Of a stretch of DNA of 64,000 nucleotides, positions 55,036 through 64,000 are shown piece after piece. Source of the stretch: Octopus vulgaris (taxonomy: Eukaryota); assembly GCA_951406725.2 (NCBI GenBank), contig OX597834.1:39370001-39434000 (forward strand), read 5' to 3'. Both the position numbers and the translations under genes were made by a program. The notes below the pieces were generated by a model, which saw nothing but the letters and a program-made list of their open reading frames with translations, was not told where the DNA came from and did no database searches. How positions within the stretch are numbered: position 1 is the stretch's first letter; each line of letters starts with the position of its first letter.

Positions 55036-55639
55036 CTTACCAAACAACCACGCCTGCTATTGGGTTAAACTCTTTGCAACAGAAGATGATAGACGGGATT
55101 TGACGGAAATAGTCGAAGTTAGTCTTTGTGGTAAATATGTAAAAGTTTAACCTTCCTTATGCTTCAAGTCATTTTAATAAATTGCAATCGATTTGGGTCG
55201 AAATAATAGAATTTCTGTTGGTTTTCTATCGATATTTAATGGGTAAAAACTAAGAAATCCAAGTGTTTCAAATGGGTTTCCATTATAAAAATATTTATCA
55301 AATTTTCATTATATTTCTCTTTCTTGATTATCGTCATAGAATTGATTTTGTATTGCAGGTGCATTGTTGAACGTTGGCGTTTGTTTGTACAAGTTTGACC
55401 GGTTCTGTTTTGATATTAGCAACAGAACGTATTGAAAACTGATATAAGGTAAGATATTGCTGTAAGCGTTTCTATGATGTCCTCCTGCCAGCCAATGTTT
55501 AAATGGTTCTTGTGCTACGATGTTCGATTTGCTAGGCCCATGTTCAAACAGATCAGTCGAACGAGTCGTAAAAAGGTATCACACAAACATTGACAATTGA
55601 TTCTTCATTTGGTTGTATTATTGGTTTAAGGCCTAACGC

Positions 55640-56090
55640 AGTGAGCTGACAGAACCGTTAACACGTTGGGCAAAAATGCTTAGTGGTATTTCTTCCAAAA
55701 AGGCGGCGAGCTGGCAGAAACGTTAAGCACGCCGGGCGAAATTCGTAGCCGTATTTCGTCTGTCGTTACTTTCTGAGTTCAAATTACGCCGAGGTCGTCT
55801 TTGCCTTTCATCCTTTCGGAGTCGATAAATTAAGTACCAGTCATCACTGGAATCGATATAACCGACTTAATCCTTTTGTCTGCCCTTGTTTGTCCCCTCT
55901 GTGTTTAGCCCCCTGTGGGTAGTAAAGAAATAGGTATTTCTTCCGATTTTTTAATTCTGAGCTGAAATACCGCTGAAGTTGACTTTGTCTTTCATCCTTT
56001 CGGGGGTCATTAAAATAAGTACCAGTCATACACTTGGATCGATGTAATCGACCATCACATTTCCCAAACATTGCTGGTTGTGTGCCAAAA
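55640..56090 (+). mobile_element. Young SINE C (55697-55932, 12-bp TSD ggtatttcttcc) nested in an older C2 copy
   Basis: TSD 55685-55696 and 55933-55944. Confidence 0.88.
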
Positions 56091-56414
56091 TTTGAGAGCA
56101 GTGTTGGTTTCAAATCTCCCACAAATGTCACTCTGACCTCGGAAAGTTTTCTGCTCGGAGTTGGACGTTTACCTGCCTTATTCAAGTTAGATGTGATCCC
56201 TAAACCCAAAAAGCTCACAGAATTTAGCATCGTGATGTTTATACAAACATAACATAATGAATGAAACGCTGTGATATTTACGAAGACTGGGTGTTAGAAT
56301 ACATCAAGAGAGAAGACTACGAGGAAATGATTTCAGTGGAATAGCTCAAGTAGGAATTGAAACTGCATCGCCTTCAACACTGTTTTCAATGATTAACCTG
56401 TCATTCTGTAGCAC

Positions 56415-56748
56415 ATGTTACTGGTACTCCGTCGGTTGCGACGACGAGGGTTCCAGTTGATCCAATCAACTCGTGAAATTAACGTGCATGTGGCTGAGTA
56501 CTCCACAGACAAGCATACCCCTAACGTAGTTCTCGGGGAGATTCAGCGTGACGCAGAGTGTGACAAGGCTGGCCCTTTTAAATTACAGGTTCTGCTACTC
56601 ATTTTATATTTTTTTTGTCAGCTGAGTGAACTGGAACAACGTGAAATAAAGTGTCTTGCTCAAGGACATGAGATGTCGCCGGGAATCGAACTCACGACCT
56701 TACGATCGTGAGCCAAACAACCTAACCACTGGGCCACAAGCCTTCACA
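56415..56748 (-). mobile_element. SINE head F + tail D
   Basis: Tail homologous to 6950-7120; flanking repeat tgtagcac. Confidence 0.85.
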
Positions 56749-57199
56749 TGTAGCACCAATACATCATGACCCTCAGGGGGAAAAAAACCAAAAAAAAAAA
56801 CCCAAATATTAGTAAAAACAAAAAGAAATAAAAACAATACCTGAATATGGATTAAATCATTTCAGAATTCTTCAAAATGATGCGAAGAAGACTTTTAACC
56901 ATTTTACGGAATCATCAAAGACTATCAGATGATGGCACTAGAATCCAATTTAAATATTCACCCTTTTTTTTGTTCTTTTGTTTCTTGGTTTTTTTTTTTT
57001 TGGTTTTTTTTTTTTTGTTTTTGCTGAAAGAACTAAATTCCAAAAAAAGCAAGATTCGCTGTGAAGAATGGCAATGAAAGGATTACAGGAAAATATTCAT
57101 TAATGCAAGAATCCTTCCAGGAAGCAACTAAAGGAGATTGTTCCCTTATTTCCTGAATAAATTATAACATCCTCTGATTGAGCATTATCACTCCCTGAC

Positions 57200-57355
<156 letters not shown>

Positions 57356-57357
57356 TG

Positions 57358-57540
57358 GACGAAAGTCTTAGCGGTATTTCGCCCCCGTCACTGCGTTGAA
57401 AGTTCAAATTTCGGCGAAGTCGACTTACCCTTTCATCCTTTCGGGATCGATAAATTAAGTACCAGTGAAACACTGAGGTCGATGTAATCGACTAGTCTCC
57501 TTCCCACCAAATCTGAAGCCCTGTGCCTCCAGGAGAAAGA
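57358..57540 (+). mobile_element. SINE C2 ending in (ATT)n
   Basis: C central domain plus gccctgtgcctccaggagaaagaattatt. Confidence 0.8.
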
Positions 57541-57561
57541 ATTATTATTATTATTATTATG

Positions 57562-57600
<39 letters not shown>

Positions 57601-57603
<3 letters not shown>

Positions 57604-57749
57604 TAGTTTTATTTTTATAGCGTGCTTTCACTTCACTACCGAGCGCAGCTCTGTGTGCCTTGGATATGTGCTGTGATTTGTTGTGATGCTCTGATGGTTA
57701 TTGTATGGAAAGTGTTCTGCGTAGGATGTGTGCAGTGCCTAGTAGTGCA

Positions 57750-57750
<1 letters not shown>
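57601..57750 (-). mobile_element. Severely 5'-truncated R4/Dong copy in (TAA)n
   Basis: Homologous to 57819-57968. Confidence 0.88.
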
Positions 57751-57818
<68 letters not shown>

Positions 57819-57821
<3 letters not shown>

Positions 57822-58412
57822 TAGTTTTATTTTTATAGCGTGCTTTCACTTCACTATCAAGCGCATCTTTGTGTGCCCTGGGTATGTGCTGTGGTTTGTT
57901 GTGATGCTCTTATGGTTACTGTATTGAAAGTGTTTTGCGTAGGATGTGTGCAGTGCCAAGTAGTGAAATTTTCTGTATGTTATATATATTTGTAAGTTCT
58001 GGTGTTGTTATTATGTATTTGTCTGGATATTTTTTTATCATACCTAATGCGCCTGCTATAATAGGAATTGTTTCTGTTTTTAGATTCCACATTCGAGTTA
58101 CCTCTATTTCCAGGTCTTTGTATTTTGAAAGTTTCTTCATTTCTTTTAGAGACAAGTTGTCATCTGCTGGTATTGATACATCAGTTAGAAAGCATTTTTT
58201 TTCTTCGTGATCTCTGACAACTATATCTGGCCTATTGACCTTAATTTCTCTATCTGTGTGTGTTGGCATATCCCAGAGTATGGTTACTTTCTCGTTTTCT
58301 GTGACCTTTTCTAGCGTGTGGCTATACCATCTTTTATCTGTTATTCCATAGTGTCGGCATAGCTTCCAGTGTATGTAGGTCCCAACTCTGTCGTGTCTGT
58401 GAATATATTCCT
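57819..58412 (-). mobile_element. 5'-truncated R4/Dong non-LTR retrotransposon, 3' end in (TAA)n
   Basis: RLE-coding end plus 3'UTR abutting (AAT)n. Confidence 0.9.
57916..58412 (-). CDS. Restriction-like endonuclease domain of R4/Dong (fragment)
   Basis: YIHRHDRV...HWKLC...ILWD...TDREIKVNRPDIVV...DVSIP...K..KYKDL...PIIAGALG...LGTAHILRK. Confidence 0.9.
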
Positions 58413-58425
58413 CCTCCCCCTCCTT

Positions 58426-58456
<31 letters not shown>

Positions 58457-58497
58457 GTATTTGCAGACGTATTTTATAACATAACAGAAAAAATATA

Positions 58498-59054
58498 CTT
58501 TTCAGTTTCTCTCTAACAAATCCATTCTTACGGCTTTGGTCAGCCAGAGACTATAGGGGAAGATACTTGGCCAAGATGCCGTGCAGTGGGACTGAACCAG
58601 GAACCATGTGGTTGGGAAATAAACTTCTTACCACACAGCTACATCTGCACCTATATCACATACATAGTTCATAGGTTAGTGGTTAGGGTGTTGGGCTCAT
58701 GATCGTAAGATTGTGGTTTCGGTTCCTTGACCGGGTGACGCGTTGTGTTCTTGAGCAAGACACTTCATTTCATGTTGCTCCAGTCCACTCAGTTGGGGAA
58801 TTTCTACGCCACTGAAACCGGGAAACCGGCATGTCTCGTGAAGATAACTAATAAATAAAACCAAAGCATAATGCAAAATCATCCTACAGACTGCGATAGA
58901 CAAATTCCGTTGAGGTCGACTTTGCGCTTTCATCCTTTCGGGGTCGATAAATTAAGTACCAGTTACGCACTGGGGTCGATGTAATCGACTTAATCCGTTT
59001 GTCTGTCCTTGTTTGTCCCATCTATGTTTAGCCCCTTGTGGGTAGTAAAGAAAC
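58498..59054. mobile_element. SINE cluster: B head (-, 58498-58652), F (+, 58675-58830), C 3' part (+, 58903-59054)
   Basis: Matches to copies elsewhere in the window. Confidence 0.82.
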
Positions 59055-59479
59055 AGATAGGCTGTGTGCAAATGAGTTCATAACTGGGGTCCGGAACTCT
59101 CGTGCAAAAAATTTCGCGGCTCGGTACTGGTCCTCGGCCCCGGGCTCGGAGAATTCCTGATGTAGGGTATATGACAGATAAACAGAGAGGAAGATGGGCA
59201 GGGCAATAGGAATAGGGGCAGCTTCTCTGTCTTTGATCAAAGCAGGATGCGCGTGAGAGTTGAAGTGAGGAATAATAGAGAGGGTGGTGAGTGGGGAAAT
59301 AGTGTAGAGTGGGTGACGGAATAGGGAATAGGGGGAAGATGTCGAAGGAGGTTTGGAGGGGTGATGTAGAGGGGAATGGTGGCCATGGATGGCAACTTGG
59401 TTAGGAAATAAACTGTTACCAGAGACATTCTTCTTTGAAAATCTAGACGTCATTACCAAACACTTAAAAAGATCGCGAA

Positions 59480-59639
59480 TGGTGGTGGTGGTGGTGGTGG
59501 TGTTAGAAGTGGTGGTGGAGGTGGAGGTGGTGGTCGTCACCTGGGTGGCGGCGGTGGTGGTGGTGATGATGATGACGATGATGACGATGATGATGATGAT
59601 AATGATGATGGTGGTGGTGGTGGTGTTGTGATGCTCCTG

Positions 59640-59684
<45 letters not shown>

Positions 59685-59785
59685 ATAATGGTGATGGTGG
59701 GGATGGCATTGGTGGCACGCGTTTATGGTAGTGGTGGCAGTGTTAGTGGTGGCAGTAGTGGTAGCGGGGGGGTCGATGATAGTTA

Positions 59786-59835
<50 letters not shown>

Positions 59836-60198
59836 ACAGTTGTATTAGTGGTGGCAGTGATGGCAGTGGTGGGTTCGGTAATAGTAGTAGCGGTGGTGGG
59901 TTCGGCAATAGTAGTAGCGGTGGTGTTGGTGGTGGTGGTGGTGGTGTCGGTTATAGTAACCTATCCACTGTCAATCTATACGCAAAGACCTCACACGTAG
60001 ATCGGAATAAAACCCAGATCCTCCTCATCCAACAAACTCATTTAACATGGCTTTTATTGCTCTCCTTGTTCTTATTGCTACGTTATTGTTGTTGTTGCTG
60101 ATGTTTGTTCTGTTCGGTTTGATGGCCTATTTGCTCTTGTTTTTATGGTTGTTCGGGTTGTCGCTGTTGTTGTTCTTATCATTCTTGGGGTTATTATT

Positions 60199-60242
<44 letters not shown>

Positions 60243-60617
60243 TGTTGTTGTTGTTGTTGTTGTTGTTGCTGTTGTTGTCGTTGTTGTTGTTGTTGTTGTG
60301 GTGGTGGTGGTGGTTGTGTTGTTTTGGTGTTATTGCTATTGGCATACCAGTAATTAAACGGGCTTGTCTTGATGGCTGCTGCTGCTGCTGCTTCTGCTTC
60401 TGCTGTTGAATGTGATGGTGATGATGACGACGACGACGACGATGATGATGATGATGGTGATAAAGATGATGATGATGATGGTGATAATGATGATGATGAT
60501 GATTATGATGATGATGATGATGGTGGTGACGATGGTGTTAATGACCATGACGATGACAGTGGTAATGATGATGGTAATAATGAGGATGACGATGATGGTG
60601 ATGACGACGACGATGAC

Positions 60618-60664
<47 letters not shown>

Positions 60665-60810
60665 CGACGATGATCATGACGATGGTAATTATGATGATCA
60701 TGACGACGATGACGACGACGATGATGCTGATGATGATGATGACGACGACGACGATGACGACGATAAGAAGATGGACGACGAAGGTGAGGAGGAGGAGGAG
60801 GAGGAGGAAG
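59480..60810. repeat. Compound trinucleotide region (GGT, GAT, GTA, GTT, GAC, GAG) with short unique islands
   Basis: Visible. Confidence 0.92.
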
Positions 60811-61461
60811 AGGAGAAAAAGAAGAGGGCAGAAATGAAAATATTTTTGTAACCTTTGTAATTTTCCTTGAATCTCTCTTGCATTGTTATCGTACTTATCG
60901 CGATGTGTTGTTGTCGCTAATATTGTTGTTGCTGTTGTTGTTAGTATTATTGTTGTTGTCATTAATATTGTTGTTGCTGTTGAGGCCATGGTTGTGAGGA
61001 AATATGAAGCTTGCCGGCGCGAAATTAAACCAACATGAACGACGCCATGTTGCTCAAGTTATTCAAGAGTTTTTACCGCTTCAGCTGCCGCTGCCACCAT
61101 CTTTGCTCCACTGCTGCTACTGCTGCGGCTGCTGCTGCTGAAATTGTTGTTGCTGGTGTTGTTGTTGTTGTTGTTGTCGCTGCAACTGCTGTTGTAATAG
61201 GGTTAATTCTTGATGTTGATGTTGTTAACATTCCGACAAATGTCACGTCTTACCATCCACCATTAAACACCATCGATAGTCTCTCCCTCCTCCCGCCGCC
61301 CAATTACCAACCGTCCTTTAGCCGCCACTAAAGCCAGATTCCTCACTTGACGGCTCGACCTGCTAGAAATAACAACCAAATCTCGCTTAAACCATGCTAT
61401 GATTAAAAGAAAAAGAGTAAACAAAACGAAAAATGTAATCCTCGACATACAATCTTTTGTC

Positions 61462-61838
61462 CTTTATCTTTTACTTGTTCCAGTCATTAGACTGCGGCCA
61501 TGCCTTCAAGAATTTTTTTTTTTTTAGATTTTATCGGTCACTTTTGCCGAACCGCTAAGTTACGGGGACGTAAACACATAAACACCGATTGTCAAGCGAT
61601 GGTACGGAACAAACGCAAACACACTGACACACACACGAATACACACACACATGCATACACACACATACATATACGACAGGTTTCTTTCGGTACTTGTCTA
61701 CCAAATCCCCTCATAATACTTTAGTCGACCTGAAGTTGTAGTAGAAAACACTTGTCCAAGGTGCCACGCGGTGGGACCGAACCCGGAACCATGTGGTTGA
61801 GAAGCAAAATTCTTACCACACAGTTAAGTCTGCGCCTA
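61462..61838 (-). mobile_element. SINE family B, older
   Basis: Match to B consensus. Confidence 0.82.
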
Positions 61839-62149
61839 TCCAAAATACTAAAGTCGGTCACGACGGGATCATCTCTTTTGGTCAGTTACCTCCTCAATCA
61901 AAGATAACCTTTGAGCAACAACAAACACTGTATCAGTGACAACAACGACAACAATAACAACAAAGATAACGACAAAAACAACAATGACAGCAACAATAAC
62001 AATAATAATAATCCAGCTACTAACTTCCATCCGCTGTTCACGTGATCTATGTGTAACTAAAATCTTGTTCCTGGTTAGGAGCATTTGAGACACTATTTGT
62101 AACATTTGAAATATATTTTATGACGTTACGTAGTCGCGTCAACTAAATA

Positions 62150-62620
62150 TTGGGTTGTCCGGAAAGTTCGTGCGGATTTTTAAAGGAAAGAAAAAGGTCA
62201 ATAAATACTTGCCATTACATTTTTAATCAACCAAATATGAACCATTTTGTTGCACAATGCGTCTCCATCTTTCCTTTAACTTGAAAATACCCTCTTCCCA
62301 GAATTGAAGTGGTTTCATGGCAAAGAATTCATCAAGGTATCTTTTTATGTCATCCAAGGAATTGAAATTTTATCTTTAAGACTATTCATCGCAGCCGAGC
62401 TGCAGCAATTTTTGTCTGGTTCCCAAAGCATCAAGTGCCGAAAATGAACTTTCTTATCTTCCATCTTAAAGGGTTACAGAATTAACACAGGTTATAGGAA
62501 CAGAAACCTTCTTCCAAGAAAAGATAGCTTAAACTGTGCTCTAAATGGAGGCGTAGTCAAGTCCTATTTTATGGACTCAACCATGTTCTAAAATAAGTCG
62601 AAAGGTAAGCTACTATAAAT
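62150..62620 (-). mobile_element. Internally deleted mariner, one TIR retained
   Basis: TA|ttgggttgtccggaaagttcgtgc TIR; minus strand MEDKKVHFRHLMLWE (ATG 62464) joined to FNSLDDIKRYLDEFFAMKPLQFWEEGIFKLKERWRRIVQQNGSYLVD* (stop 62223). Confidence 0.88.
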
Positions 62621-63077
62621 AGGAACCCAAGAAACCGGCCCTTATGAATTTATATGATTCAGAAAGGTTCTTTATCCTTATCCTATCACCACTATTTTAT
62701 TAGCACCATCTGAAGATGGTCTCAGCACCATCTGAAGATTGGTACTTGGCCTGAAACTCTGAGTAACGCATTAAGTTCTCTTTACTTTTAGCCTTAAAGT
62801 TATTTCGTAAGTAGAAAGTCCTGCGTAACAACACGTATGTGTATGACTGTATTTGTATAGATGTATGCATATGCTTGTATGTGTACGGGAAATAGAGAAA
62901 AAGAAAGACAATTAAAAGCAGAAAATCAGATGCACAGAAAGACAGACAGATAGCTAGACAGATAGACTTACAGAGGGCAGACAGTAGAACAGTGGGACAG
63001 ACAAGCAGGCTGGCATACAGACAGACAGATATATAAGTTGATAGATCGACGAGGACAGACACAGGCAGAGAGACAGA

Positions 63078-63177
63078 NNNNNNNNNNNNNNNNNNNNNNN
63101 NNNNNNNNNNNNNNNNNNNNNNNNNNNNNNNNNNNNNNNNNNNNNNNNNNNNNNNNNNNNNNNNNNNNNNNNNNNNN
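63078..63177. other. Assembly gap (100 N)
   Basis: N run. Confidence 1.
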
Positions 63178-63280
63178 TAGACAGGTTTTTAGTGAAGTAA
63201 CCCCAAATTTTGACCAAGAGTAGCAACTGAAAGGAGATAGTGCAATGTCAGAGCAATGTATTTCCAAACTTGCTTATGGC

Positions 63281-63281
<1 letters not shown>

Positions 63282-63341
<60 letters not shown>

Positions 63342-63470
63342 CCTTTCTACTATAGGCACAAAGCCTGAAATTTGTGGGGAGGGGGTAAGTTGATTATATC
63401 GACCCCAGTATTCAACTGGTACTTAATTTATCGACCCCGAAAGGATGAAAGGCAAAGACGACCTCGGCAG
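63282..63470 (-). mobile_element. SINE C2 3' half with (ATT)n tail
   Basis: (aat)n-cctttctactataggcacaaagcctgaaattt...gaaaggatgaaaggcaaag. Confidence 0.85.
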
Positions 63471-64000
63471 AACTAATAACAATAATAAATGCCGTGGTGC
63501 AGTACCAGGCAGTGGCTCTCATGGCTTCTGATCTTAACTGATTGGAAGTGTTATCATGTACATTGTTTTGTCTTGGTATAAAAGATGGACTACAGCAAAT
63601 ATTCTGCTCAATACCACAGATTTGCTTGTTAGTTGTTTGACCTTAACCAATTGACCATGTCCCTTGGTGGCTGACGATATGTGCATCTCTGATCACGAAT
63701 AGAAGTAGTGGGGGAGCATCATAGCCATGTATTGAGAAGAATTCTTTGGAGTTTGAATAATTCACGTCTGGAAACATAGGTGTTTCGTTCAACAATCCTT
63801 ATTCAGGGACCTTTTGAGCGGGATGGGCTACTCGACCAGAAGAAAATTCTAACTGGGCCCCACCTGCAAGGTCAAGTGCTGTTTATCTTGATATGAGATC
63901 ACCATGTCGCGCATATATGTTTGTGATGCATGTGCCTGGTGTACCCTTATCAGACGGGTAGTCATGATGGGTATACTGGGTTTCGTATATTTTACCGCAG

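Noticed and set aside
60369-60851. Poly-Asp ORF resembling acidic biomineralisation proteins
   Set aside because: (GAT)n/(GAC)n microsatellite open in three frames; starts at TTG, no signal peptide, among other trinucleotide tracts.

Overview
AT-rich, microsatellite-saturated eukaryotic non-coding DNA (intron or intergenic). From the SINE repertoire and microsatellite load it is most likely a coleoid cephalopod (Octopus-like); this is inference. No intact host protein-coding gene is recognisable, and nearly all listed ORFs are translations of simple repeats. Real content: (1) about 45 tRNA-derived SINE copies or fragments built from a few interchangeable heads (called A, B, C, F here) and tails; (2) LINE remnants (L1/Tx1 zf-RVT 3' end in (TATC)n; R4/Dong restriction-like endonuclease ends in (TAA)n); (3) a Penelope GIY-YIG 3' fragment; (4) four mariner derivatives; (5) a 100-N gap. 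The most striking signal is a set of short, mutually unrelated, non-coding fold-back elements, mostly in (TA)n tracts. Several carry minimal type-I hammerhead ribozyme folds with a palindromic stem III, two of them with a compensatory U3-A8 core. A second signal is that the youngest SINE (family C, 12-17 bp TSDs) shares its 3' terminus with the Tx1/L1 LINE in the same window. Coordinates were read by eye; repeat boundaries are approximate.
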